This document shows, piece after piece, positions 25,223-38,294 of a stretch of DNA of 64,000 nt (the stretch's first letter is position 1; each line of letters starts with the position of its first letter). The stretch spans positions 74,402,001 to 74,466,000 of the forward strand of contig NW_024704743.1 in NCBI RefSeq assembly GCF_018977255.1. The letters are read 5' to 3'. The notes beneath the pieces are model-generated. The model worked only from the letters and a program-made list of their open reading frames with translations. It was not told where the DNA came from and searched no databases. Both the position numbers and the translations under genes were made by a program. The stretch comes from Callorhinchus milii. Its lineage: Eukaryota.

Positions 25223-26730
25223 GTAAGTAGCCAATATTCAATTACCTTTAAGGCACAGCTATGCTGTGTGGCTTTGTAAAGAGCTGAAGAAGCTTTTGGT
25301 GCTTAGTCTAGTGTCTTTAAGAAAAACTGTAAATGTCTACTACACATTCCATTAAATATAGCTTTATGTCTATTGTTTCTTTGAGTCACAAGGCAGTTGA
25401 AAGGCTAGAAGAAACAAACAATTCACTTGATAGTTGAACAAGAATATTAAAGTGTGTGGGGAGTCAGCAAAAAAATGGGATTAGATTAGATGACTCATGT
25501 AGAAAAAACACTGGCACAGACCTAATTGGCCGAATAGACTGTTTCTGCATTGTAACATTCTCTGATTCTACAGTAGGAGCCTCTCCAGCTGTCCTTTTCA
25601 CTGCAGTGCTATGTGATAGCTCACTTGCTTTGCCAGGTTGCCACTGAAGGAAGCGCCACAGTCAACCACAACACAAGGTGCTACACATCGCCTAACATGC
25701 TTTCAACCCATATCTCTGACGGCAACACAAAGACAAAACTTTGTTCTACTGCTTGCAGACACACCAGTACTTCACACAGTCGTGAAGTCCATTGTGTATT
25801 TCATAACCCACTGCTTTTCCTTTTCTGTGCATCCTTCTGGATGACCTAGAAAGATTTTTACATTCTACTGATTGGCTAAACACTTTCAGAAACTGAATGT
25901 GTTTCTAAAAAGGGAAATGTAGTCACTTTTCCAGTCTTTGTTCAACAAAATATGATATAATTGTGCCCACATTGTCATCCAGAAACCACTTCAGCGGCAT
26001 TACCTACCACTGGGGAAAGCAACTGTGACATAAACAGCATCTGTACGCAGGGCAATGAGACTTAACATGGGTCGAAGCCAAAGTTTCACAGTTCTGAGTG
26101 TGTACAGGGGCTTGCATGGGGGAAACAAAACGCTGCTTACATTGCACGTATTTTTTCTGATAGCCTCGCAACAGTGACAACAGCTAGAGCAAGTTTTAGA
26201 TGCCAAAGTTAGTCTATGAAACTCTTTCCCGGTTAGTGCAAAATCTTAATTCTGGGAAGCATTCAACATTGTGTTACTTTAGTTCAGTTGCTAGCAATCA
26301 TGCCTCTGGGTCAGGAGTCTTCTGTGTTCACCTACAAATAAACTTTGTAAATTGCTTGGAGACATTTCAACAGGATTCAGCGCTATATGAAACATGAGGA
26401 TTACTGACTTTATTAATTCTCGGATTGGGGGAAAAAACAAGATAAGGTAGAAATGAAAGAAAACATCAGGGATATGGGGAAAAGACAAGTAAATGGGACT
26501 GAAAGGATTGCTCTTTAAAGGAGCCAGCACAGACACTGGGCCAAGTGCCTTTTTTGTGCGGTAAATTTCCATGGTTCTACTTACAGAAGACAGGTTTGAG
26601 GAGATTGAAAGCTTTTGAACCAAATGTACTGGATTATTCATCAAACTGTATGTAAAATTAAACCATCAAATAATTCCAGTTTTTGTTATCAGTAGTAACA
26701 ACTTTGTGTTTGATTTACTCTGCTTCACAG

Positions 26731-26820
26731 GTCATTCGCGGTGCTGGTCATTATGTGCATGCTGATCAACCTGAAGACTTCAATCAAAAAGTAGTGGACA
26801 TCTGCAGTACTGTAGACTAA
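26731..26820 (+). CDS. ABHD5: ABHD5 last coding exon 7
   Basis: ttcacag|GTC, 90 nt. Encodes [29 protein letters not shown] with the HX4D motif. Confidence 0.95.
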   Translation, partial: VIRGAGHYVHADQPEDFNQKVVDICSTVD

Positions 26821-29095
26821 CTGTGTTCTCACCTCAAAAAGTAATAAATGTAGCTAGACTACCTTCATTTAGCCCTAAGAAATCATTCTTCTGAAGGATT
26901 CTGTTTTAAACTAACAATTGAGAAGACTTATTAAGTCAATATCTATCATCTCTTGTTCAATATTTTAGAGCTTTATGCTATTTCTAGATTTTATTTTTGA
27001 TTTACCACAAACGTTTTTGACTATTTTAATATGTGCAATATTAATATCTATATAATTATCAGCTGTTAATGGCTACATGTGTATATTCTTTGGATTTGTT
27101 TGTGGGTTCAGTCATCAGCAACAGTCATTTTTAATTGAAAATACTTATTCCGTTTTTAAGAATATTGCCACTAAATTGTTCACTAAGAGATTTTTCTGAC
27201 GTCTTATTTATTTGCAATAGTCTTATCTTGCTGAAATTGATCTTTTCGAGCTTTGGCTCAGTAGCATCAGCAGCGATCTGAGAAGAAACTTAGGGTGTCT
27301 TTCGTTTTGTTTTGCAACTCACAATTTAGTGATATTTTAGCACAGCTAAATCATTCAAATCCCATTGTTTCTAAATCTGTCTTCACATACAAGACAGGTA
27401 CTCGAGATATGTGAAACGGGATGGTTCAGCGTTTCTATCAAGGAGGCATTTTCTAAAAGAAAATAGTCTCCTTAGTTTATCTGAAGAGGGTTTTAATTCT
27501 GCTGCTTTCGTATTTTGCTCTGCAACTACTAGTTCTGTTTCTGGCTTAGTTTTTGAGCAGGGTTTCCTGTTAAAATAAGGTCACCTTTCCTTGGCATTTC
27601 TTAACTCTACTATGCCAAAAACTTCTAACACGAAACAGAAAACTGCTTTCTGGTTAGATTATTGTTTTATACGATGGGGTTTATAACACGCCAAATACTA
27701 AAACTAGTGAAAATTGAAGTATTATTATTATAATAATAATTCTTGCATTTGATATGATGCCTTTCACATTGGAAGGACATCTCAAAGCGCTTCACAGGAT
27801 TCACTGTAAAGTGTAGTGACTGTATTTTTGTAAGCAACACCCGGAAACCAATTTGTGCAATATTACAGCAATATCCTATAAACGGGGATAAAGATTGAAT
27901 TTTTAAAAATGCTAGATTTGGTGAAAGAAAGAATAGAAAAAATATCAGCATCTCTTTGGATGTGTACATTTTTCCGCTTGTATCTTGCTTGGTTGTGCTG
28001 CTCCTTGTTTAAATCATCTAAATGTGTATTCTGTTTCCAATCATAGAAAAAGTCCCAGTAGGTTAGTTGAAAAGCATGCCAAAAACTTGTGCTGCACGAA
28101 ATGTGCTTTATAGCTGTTTAACTTCTCTATGGGCTACTCTACACTATGTTAGATCGTAGCTCATCACACTGTATTTTAGTCTAATTCATTCTTTCCTAGG
28201 ATTCCATAACGCAAAACTTGCTACCTCCCTAAGTCTTCCCTTCCATCTACAATCTACAAGCTTTTAAACTCAATCTTGGTGCCATCTACCCAACATTGCT
28301 TGTTTTATCTCACATTCTTCCCAACCCTTTAATCATGGTTGTATCTTGTATTATGTGCCAAGCTACCTAAATAAAAATAAAGTATTAGAAAAGCAAAGTT
28401 GAGATTCCAGAGAAGCATGGGGAGCAAAGGTTAAATGGGGATTACTGGAGTTATTTGACTATTGTTGTACATTTCTTAGTAAAATCCTTATTCTTATAGA
28501 TTTGACAGGACATCTTTTCAATAAAATTGATATGCTTAAGTGTTATATTCTTTTACAGTAATAGCGATAAACATTTGTAATATGTTGAATTGTTAATTTC
28601 TGCAGAAAATAATGTATTTATATTTAATAGCTGAAGCTTTGCAGATGAAAGCCACTACATCCCATTGAAAGCCAGTGCAGAACTGATATAATTTCACTCA
28701 ATACTAGCGTGTCTGTCAATACTAATATATGTAATCTTCACAATACAGTACTTTGGAGTCATTCCTTTGTTTCATACTTAGAATTGTTTGAGTGAATGCA
28801 GGTACGGTTCAAAAAGCTGGCACTTTATTGTTAAAATGTACATTTCTTTTTAAGTGATATGTACTCTAGATTTGTTAATATTGGCACAATATTGCACAAA
28901 CCCATTAGATTGTGAAATCCAAGATTACTCTACAATCTATTTAAGGAATGACAAAGTCTACGCCCATAGATAACTAATGCAATAAGCAGGGCGAAAAACA
29001 AAATAGTAAGAAAATTGTTCCTGGGATGTTGGTAGAATCAATTTTGCACCTTTTAATACACTGAGTTTTTATATGACTATTGTGACATTGCTGCT

Positions 29096-29101
29096 AATAA
29101 A
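29096..29101 (+). terminator. Candidate distal polyadenylation signal of ABHD5 (other AATAAA near 26843, 28370 and 28520)
   Basis: AATAAA followed by GT/T-rich sequence, at the end of a ~2.3 kb AT-rich, repeat-poor stretch after the stop codon. Confidence 0.4.
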
Positions 29102-32100
29102 CTTTGTGTGTGCTTCTATGTTGCCTTTCGTTATTGCAATCCCTGGAAATGGTTCTTACAGTGTGTCATTGAATTAGTTTCTGTAAGTGTGACCCTCATC
29201 GATGGCCTGATTACAAGGAATATTCTTGATGTGAACAGGACATTTAAATGATCTTGTGGTCTCAGCCCCAGTTGGGCTTATAGTTAGATACACACAACAA
29301 CAACTTGTGCTTATGTAGCGCTTTCTGCGAACGATAGTGTGTCTCGGAGCGCTAAGGAAGAGGACACAAACTAGAGAAAGAAATTTTATAAGAGGTGTGG
29401 GGTTGTCCACAAAAGATGTTTGTATTTCTACTCTTGCCCCCCACAATAAAAAAAAGCACTTTAAAAATCAGGCCCATGATCCGTTATATTAATTTGGCAA
29501 ATAGCATGACTGGAATTGAGAATACTTCTCAACTTACTGTACAATTTTTATACTTTACTGACTACCCCAGTACAATAAAATTAATTTAAATTCTGTATTT
29601 TTGCTTGTGAACTTTTCTTTTTTTAAAAATAAACCCCTCCCAAATAACTTCAGAAGAGATTTGCCGAAATAAATACCTGTGTTATTATAGTGATAATAAT
29701 TGCATTTGATATAGCCTCTTATTAACTCATTGAAATGTTTCAAAATACTTAACAGCATTTTTATTGTAACATGTAGTGTATTTGTAGGTGAATGCATAGG
29801 TATTACAAAGAAGGTAACATAAAACCGATGGGTAGAACAGATGAATTTAAAAATCAAGTGAAGGAAATTAACAAAATGGTCAAGAGAGTTGATATAGTAA
29901 GTGAGATTAAGATTGCAGGGAACATAAAATACCGTTTGAAAAGCTGAATAGTGTGTAGCAAACCCTGATTGTTCTGATGCTTTTCTACTTAGAGAACCCT
30001 ATACCATGGCTTTTTCTTCAATGTTGACTATTATATTAGAACAAAGGAATTTGCATTTTTATAATAATATGTCAAGATGTGTACAATGTACAATAATTGA
30101 ATATGTTTTTGTAGGGAAAAACAGTAACGTACAAGAAAGTATCAGAAACATCTGTGAGGTGAATGACCAATTTAACCTGGAGGATCGCTGGCTAGGACTC
30201 TTAATAGAAACACTTTCTTTTCTCCAAGTAACATACAACGCAGATAAACAGTCATACTCCAGCCAAACAGTAACAACCTAAAGCTGATGATGGTAGAATG
30301 AATGGTGCGTTCTCCATTAGAGACTCCATTAGAGGGCACTGAGGGTACAGACTCGTGGCAGAAAACTCAGCAAAAGGAATAGTGCAATGCAGCAGAGGAA
30401 TCTTCAACTTTCAAACAACCTCTGATTTGAGTCTCAATTGTACTCAATACTGTTACATTTTGAACGTTGAGATTTTAGAGATCTAGTACCCTGTTTGGTT
30501 CTCAGATGTTCTTACAGTAATACAGGAACCAGAAACTACTTAGTATTCTCAGTGGTGTTCGTCCAGAGAGAATATCACTTCCTGTAGCTTAAGCTCTTTC
30601 CCTTCAGCTATGCACAGTCACATTTTGTTGTGCTAGTCACCTATTTACTAGCAAGCTGCTATGATAAGATGTATATTCTGTGAAGCGCTTTGAGACGTCT
30701 CAAAGACGTGATAAGGCGCTATATCAAATGCAAGAATTATTATAAGAATGCTAAAGCTGGGATTTTTACATTAGCAACATGTTTATCACAATTTGCTTTC
30801 AAAATGTATGTTCTCCCTGATCAAAAAATAGTGTACAATAACTTCAATTGGGAATAATTCTCATAGTTGCAAATTAGCTGTTCCCACGACTTTTAAGGCT
30901 TTCAAGGCCTGTTCACAAACAAGTTTTCCATTAAGGATGGCTTCACTCTGGGTTGGAGTTCAGCTTGGATATGTCTCAGTCGGTAGGACTTGTACCTCCA
31001 AATCAAAAGTTTGTGGGTTCAAGCCCCATGTTGAGACTTTGAATTAAGAGTCAAAGGACTTACTCCAAAGTGAGTATTTGTAGACAAACACAGCAGCCAG
31101 TTTCCGCAGCAAAGTGTCACTAGCAACTGACCAATTTTATTTGGGGGATTGTTCACCAGGACATTGGGAGAAACGCCCTTCTCTTTTCAAATCTTGCTTT
31201 GGGATCTTTAAGGTCCATCTGAACTAGTAGGTTGTTACTCAGTTTAACATCTCATTCGAAGGAAGGGACCTCCACCAATGCAGCTGTCCCCAGCGCTGTA
31301 CTGTACTGGTAACCTAGACTGAGCTCAAGGCCCCAATATGGAGCTTGAATCTATGACTTTCTCACTCAGAGGTGAAAGTGCTATTAATTGAGCCAGGCCG
31401 ACACCTAAGTGACGGGTGTCAAAATTTTAACCTGAACGAGTGAGTGTCACGTCTAATGAATGAGACTTGGTCTGATTATTCTGTATGCAACATATAGGGA
31501 TCGCACATTTATATATGGAACACTGACCGTTACTTAACACTGTAGGACAGACTCTAAGTAATCTTTGTCTGACATTTCAAGTAACGTAAGAACAATATGT
31601 CTCCCTGAGCTCCCGGCTCCTCAGCTGCCTCCAAAAATAACCTGATCTTGGCAGGAATTCAGTACACGCCCGAGCTGTTCAGAGTGTTTTACATGATGTA
31701 CCTTTGCACATTCTGTTACAGCATATTAATAGAAAGTGAAGCAACCTGCGAAAAACCAGGAAATGCTAAGCACTAACTTTTAATCAGATCATGCACTTAC
31801 TAATATCGCTTCAACTGTACCTTTCTGTATTATTCCTACTCTCTGTTACCACATCAATTACAGTTTCAGAGAGAAAAAAAATTGGATAAATCAACCCTGA
31901 TGCAAACCTATTGCTGGAGGAAGGGAGGGAGCACTGCTTCTAATAGTGGAGCAATTTGGAGTGGGAAACACTCTTTAAATGTTTCTGTTCTCAATTGCTC
32001 TTGCTGGGGGCTGATGTGAGCTCTGTATCTTAATAACATTAAAAATGCATTCTTAAAGTTCTTGGGTGTTCCAAAGAAAGGTCCTTTTTTGTCAAGGACA

Positions 32101-33399
32101 AATACATTTACGTCATCAGCATTTATATAGTAGTGGAACAGCACAAGCCAAAGTCCTAACAGATAGGATCGTCCTATCTGGATAAGCAGCGGGAAGCTTG
32201 CCAGACAGTGTCTGCAATGGCAAGCTGGTGAAACATTAGTCGTATGCCAACCCACACACTGGGGGTCCCCAAGCCTTGGCTCTTGCCAACCTGCCCCTCA
32301 ATGCTTTCAGGGATTAGATGAACAAAGTGTGTCCTTCCAGACAAATAGGAAATTTCTATACATATCTGGATCTCTCACTAGTTTGGTTTGGACACACTTG
32401 AGCATAGTGTTGGGTTTCTGTGTGTGACAAGATACATAACTGGCTCCCAAAAATGCAGAGTCTGGGCAAAAGCATCTCCATGCGACCTCAGCAGCCAGGA
32501 TCCAAAATAATTGATGTAATGTAGCCATTAGAATGGTGGCAGGGCTTTAGAAAATCCTCTCTCTATGATTTTTTCAGCTCTGACTCCCACCTCACCCCCT
32601 CCACCCCACTATAATCACCGCAATAAAATGCTTCAAAAAAATTCCAAATTTAACATCTAAAAAGCTTAAAAAGATAAAGAAATCAATAAATGTTGAAAAT
32701 CTGAAATAGAGACTAAAAGGTTAGTCAGTCAGCATCTTAAAGAGAAAGACGGGTCAACTATTCAGAGCACCTTCAGCAGGACTGAAATGCAATGTCGAAA
32801 AGCTCCAAACAGGATCACAAGAGAGATTTGGGTGAAGAAGATCCTTTGAGCCATTTGATCTCATCTCTCCAGAACACCCACCCCACAGTCCTCCCATCAC
32901 AGCAGCAAGCTGTTTCTTAAAAAAGCATCCTGGCCTCAACCACTCTTCCTTGTAGCCTGCTCCTATCACTGATTACCCTCTAGGTAAAGAAATACTTCCT
33001 GGTATCTGTCCTGAAATTGTCCTTCACACACCTGAATCTGTGCCCTTTTCATAGGAACATGGGATCAAGAAAAGGCCATTCAGATCTCAAGACCTAAAGC
33101 GTTTTTAAGCAGTTTATTGGATAATGGCAGATCTCTAAATGTATTTTTCCATATTTTCCTCATGCCTCCTATTTCCCTTTCTTCCAAAGTATCTATCCAT
33201 CTATAAATATCCCAATTGATCTTGCCTCCAGACAGTGCATTCCAGAATCTCACAACCCACAACCCTCACAGCATTGCTCTGGAGTCTCAGCCTAGATCAT
33301 GTGTGCAAAGTCCCAACATGGGGCTTAAACCTACAGCCTTATCTGCTCAGATGTGAATGCTACCAACTGAGCCAGGCTGATACCTGGAAGGAGTCATGA

Positions 33400-34075
33400 G
33401 CAAGGAACTTCAGTGATTGGTCTTAGGCCCTTTCTATTTTTAATGTATGTAAACAACCAGGTGAGAATGTCATATGCCATGTCCCCATGTTTTACAGATG
33501 TGAATTATGTGAAATATCTAAAATGTGAGGAGATGGAAAGAATAAGGAAGAATGCAACCAGAACCAGAATAGATTTTGATCCTTAATTTAGTATGTGAGG
33601 AGGTGGCAGATGTGGTTCAATTTGATGTGCATAAAAATAAAGAGCATAGGTGGAATGACCAAAAAGAGCAACTGTTATGTTTTCAATGGAATATTGTACA
33701 GGTCATAGGTATTGCACATAAGAGGCACCAAGAGTGGGAAGCAAGTTCAGAGATAAGGATGTGCAGAGGTTATGACAGAAGTACGCAAAATTAAAAAGGG
33801 TTTGCGTTGATCGATAGGCTATGATTACGTTGGGTGGAGAATCAGTAATAAGGGACATTAACTGTACATTATTACTAAAAGCATAAAGTGTGAGGTTAGA
33901 AGTCTTTTTATGCATGGTTAATGGGATGTGGAACATTAGTGCAGGCAAGTCAATTACTCCATTTAAAAGGGAATTAAATTAAAACAAGGAAAAGAGCATT
34001 GAAATGGAATTAAAAGAGCAAATTCCTGCATAGCACAATGGTTCAAAATGGGCTCCTTTTGTAGTGACATTTCTA
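33400..34075 (+). mobile_element. Highly degraded CR1 LINE 3' relic
   Basis: GP.LFLxYVN, FTD, tttaatttag..tgtgagg and ttaaaagggaatta remnants. Confidence 0.55.
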
Positions 34076-34639
34076 TACCTTTGCAAGATCAATAAGCTGG
34101 CATTTAAGATAAGAGTGCATGAGAGCAGGAGAGCAAGAATATGATATCCCCAGAGCTACTGCAGCAATGTACATTGTGTGATGGATGAGAGGATAGAAAT
34201 AAAGAAAACCATCTCTGAGATTTATTGTGTGTCAGAGATGCATATCTACCTCTCTGGGATATAAATTGTGATACGCCCAACAAATGATTCCTCTCCACCC
34301 CGCAATGGCGCACATGGCCATTGAACATTGTCACAAATTGTCAATGACTCTAATATCTAAATGCTCTAGACATTAATACAAAGTGACTGTGGATAATATC
34401 AATGTTTCAAACAGCTCCGTGATCAGGGCTCACAGGTCATCGCTAGGATCACGAGTCAGGTCGATATTCTTTGCAGCAAGGCCTGAAAGGCAATGGTGAC
34501 TCAGGCACCCAGGGCTGCAAAGAAGGTGCCTACAAACTAAAAGCAGGACTTTCAAATTATGACCATATCCACTTCCTTACTTTTTTTAGGGGCCTAAACT
34601 AGAAGGTTAGGTCACCCCTAGTGTACTGCCTACAGTTCA

Positions 34640-35070
34640 CTTCACTGAAACATAAGAAGGGTGTCCAGGTCCTGGAGGCAGTGCAGAGGAGAGCAATGAG
34701 GATCATCACCAGTGTTAGAGGAATGAGCCATGAACAACTATTGGACAAGCCTCAGTCTGGAGAGAAGATGATTTAGAGGAAATCTTATGGAGGTGTACAC
34801 ATTTTTAAATGGGATTGAAAAAGTAAAACTCAAAACAATACTTCAGGATGCACCAAGACAGTGACACAATCTTAGAGTTGCAAATTTCAGGAGAAATACC
34901 AAGTTTTTCTTTGCCCAGAGGGTAATTAATAACTGGAACAGGTTGCCAGGAAGGATGGTTGAGGCCAGGACACTGGACGCATTCCGCAGTGATAGGAGGA
35001 CGTGGAGTGGGTATTCTAGAAGGTTGAGATTAAATGGGTTGAAGGGCCTTATGTTGTCTGATCTTGTGAT
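34640..35070 (+). mobile_element. CR1 LINE 3' relic
   Basis: LEAVQRRA.R.I, RGNLMEVY, FFAQRVINNWNRLP remnants. Confidence 0.7.
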
Positions 35071-35509
35071 CTCTTATTGCAGCCTTGCAATGCTGCTTTA
35101 CAAAATAACTTAACAATCAATATCCTGGAAAGTAACATCTGACAGGCTGCTCCCACTCTGAATGCAGCAGCCTTGCTAGGACTGAAACTAAGAGCAGTGT
35201 TTCTCCAGGTTTCCTGGGCAAAAATTCCCAGATAAAATTGATCATTCACTTCATGGCTGTTTGTGGGACATTGCTGTTGCACGTAAAAAATACCCATGTC
35301 TGAAATGGAATGTGCACTCTCTCGCTGGAGGGATGCGCCCTGCTTAACTAGTTCCTGAGAGTATTAGACGTCCTGGAGATGCATCCTGCTTACCTAGTTC
35401 CGGAAAGTATTAGGCGCAGGTTGGCAAGAGCCAAAACTTGGAGGCCCTATAGTGTGCGTTGGGGTACTGCTGGAGTCCTACCAACTAAAACCACATAGCT
35501 TGCCATTGA

Positions 35510-35810
35510 AACAAAAACAAAAGTCGCTGGGAACACTCAGCAGGTCAAGCAGCATCTATGGAGAAAGGAAAGTGAGTCAACGTTTCAGTCCACGACCCTT
35601 CATCAGAACTGAGGCATGTGGGAAGGGAGAGGCTTTTAAGGGCTAACAGAGAGGAGGGAGGCAGAGCAAGGAAGACAAAGGAGAAAATGTGGTAGAGGAC
35701 AGGGAACGATGAGTTAAAGAGATGTTAATGATGCAAAACAAAGGCGGGGTTGTAGAAAAACAGTGGCTGAGAGGTGTTAATAATGCAGAGCAGAGCAAAA
35801 GGGAAGAAGG
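35510..35810 (-). mobile_element. Penelope-like terminal-repeat fragment carrying a hammerhead core, flanked by an 8 bp direct repeat
   Basis: Reverse complement ...cagttCTGATGAagggtcgtggactGAAAcgttgact...gatgctgcttgacctgctgagtgttcccagc; GCCATTGA at 35502-35509 and 35811-35818. Confidence 0.72.
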
Positions 35811-36636
35811 GCCATTGATATTGCTGTCTGGCAAGCTTTCCTGATGCTTGTCCAGCTTGGACCATTAGAGTTTTGACTTACAGGGTTAACAGGAGCTGAG
35901 TGAGATGATTCCCTGCTCCCAGTGACTGGTCTGCCCTTCCAAGTCCTGCTGGTGAGTTAGGCTGGCTGTGCTGTTAGCAGCCATGCCCTGGAATACTGCA
36001 GATCTGCCTGGCTCAGGAACCAGACTACCAAGACTACCAAAGACAATTAATTCAATTCTGACATTCATTTGCAAGTATGTTACCTTGGATCCAGTTCAGC
36101 TCCAAGGAGACTCGCTTACTTCTCCACAAGTCGGATAGTTATGAGGAAACCCATCACTTGGCTTAAAAATATCCAAACCAGACTGAAAGTTATACATGCG
36201 TATGCCATCTCATCTCTCCCTCAAGGAGACAGACATTTCAATATAGTGCTGAGGTAGTGCTCAATTGTGCAGGGTGCCACTCATCCTATGAGACATTGAA
36301 CCAAAGTTCCATCTGTTTGTACAGAGGCACATTAAACATCCAATGGCACTATTCACAAAGATAAGGGAGTTTATCCTGGTGTCCTGGTCAACAATTCCCC
36401 AGATAAAACTGGTCATTCACTTCATGGCTGTTAGTGGGACGTTGCCGTGCACAAATTAGCTGCCTGTTTGCCTATAAAATACACAGACACCAGACTTTAT
36501 AGTAAATCCTGTGAAGCACTTTGAGATGTTTCTTAAATGCAAGGATTATTATTACTTGTAGTAGAAACCCACCATTCATTGTGATGCTCGTTTTACAACC
36601 AAAGCTGACTGAATTTGTTAGTCTTCGTTCTGACTT

Positions 36637-36775
36637 CGTTCTGACAAAGGGTCATGGACCCGAAATGTTGACTTACTTTCCTTTCTCCATAGATGCTGCC
36701 TGACCTGCTGAATGTTCCCAGCGACTTCTGTTTTTGTTTCAGATTTCCAGCATCTGCAGTATTTTGTGTTCTGAC
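36637..36775 (+). mobile_element. Second Penelope-like terminal fragment with a decayed hammerhead core
   Basis: gttCTGACAAagggtcatggacccGAAAtgttgact...cagatttccagcatctgcagt; roughly 90% identical by eye to the reverse complement of 35510-35611. Confidence 0.72.
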
Positions 36776-38294
36776 TTTTTTTAGAGTTGTATTTCAATAG
36801 CTAAATATAGAGTGGATTTTGAAAGCTTCCATAATCATTCTGCTGCATTGTTTTTCAACTGCTCCAACTATTTTAGCCATCAGTGTATTTCACTAACTTA
36901 GTGTGCTTCGATATTCAGGTCATCAATGTGGAACAGAAAAAGTGGAGGCCCACATACTGAAACCTGTGGGACTTCACTTGGCACCTCCCTTGTTCTGACA
37001 TTACACTTCTCATGGGTACGCTGTTTCCTATTTTTAGTGATCTTCTTATCCACATTCTCAGGTTTTGCCCTGGAAACCTCCAGCTTCCAGTTTAATTAGG
37101 ACATTTCTAAAGGATCTTAACAAGACGATTAACCCATATATTAGGTCCAAGGACATTAATCCACAGCGGTGTGCCAAATATTGATGCAAACTGTGGTGAA
37201 TGGCAGTTTCAAGGCACTTTCCCCCAGAGAGCCCTGTGAGTGCTGAAGCAGTCAGTTCTAGCACGGTGGTGTCTATTACTCACCATGTGTAAACTATGTA
37301 TATTTTATGGGCCCACAAAATATAGAGTCAATTCACTTCACATTATATTCTGTGAAGCGCTTTGAGACGTCTCGAAGATTTGATAAGGCGCTTTATCAAA
37401 TGCAAGGATTATTATTATATTACTTATGTGCACAGAATTAATTAACAATCACTGAAAAAGGACTGTAACTTCCTCTATACACATTTATTTGCACATGGCT
37501 TACACATGGCGCCCATCAGACCAGATGAATCAATTTCACCCACAACTATACAGTCCATACACTTTACAGCATATTCTGTGAAGCGCTTTGAGACGTCAAG
37601 AAGACGTGAAAAGCGCTATATCAAATGCAAGGATTATTATTATTCATCTGATGTTGAAAGGTGAACACTGGCTGAAGGAATTGCTTCTGTGCCACATTGG
37701 GATTATAAGGATAAAATGTGTGGCTTACTTAACCTGCTCCCTGTTTTAATTAGCATAAAAGATGCGTTTAAAGAATACCCCCAAATTTGCTTCTCACATA
37801 ATGTTTGTGTAAACAATCTCCTCACTGACCTCACTCATCAGCCCATTCAGCCTCTGAGCTCACCCGGCTGCTCCTCTAGATAAATTGCAGCCGCACAATA
37901 AAAGCACAGGAAACCAATCTCTGGTTTTACAGCCAGTGAAGAAGGACCAGGCAAAGGAACACTGCAAGTTTTGTCTCATCAAATGTGTAGCTGACGTATA
38001 TATGTGCAAATCTCAGTCTGATTTGGATACTTTTAAGCATGGTATTGGGTTTCCGCATGTGACCCCACGTGACGGGCACTATGTAAATGCAAGTTGTTGT
38101 TTTTGTTGCTTTAAGAACGTCAGAAAAACGTCTTCCAGATTCAGATTGAATTGAGGACTTTGCCAAAATTCAGTACAATATTAAATTTTAAGGTTAGGTT
38201 CATGAGAAATTTTGGACCTCTGATGTCTGTGATAAGAGTAGAAATATTCTACATTGGAGAGAGTATTTCAACAAGGTTTTTTGGTCAGCTGTCT

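Noticed and set aside
15307..26820. ABHD4 identity, which would hint at the TCR alpha/delta neighbourhood
   Set aside because: GHNFG, YGAR and GAGH are ABHD5-type; I recognised no V/J/C segments or recombination signals
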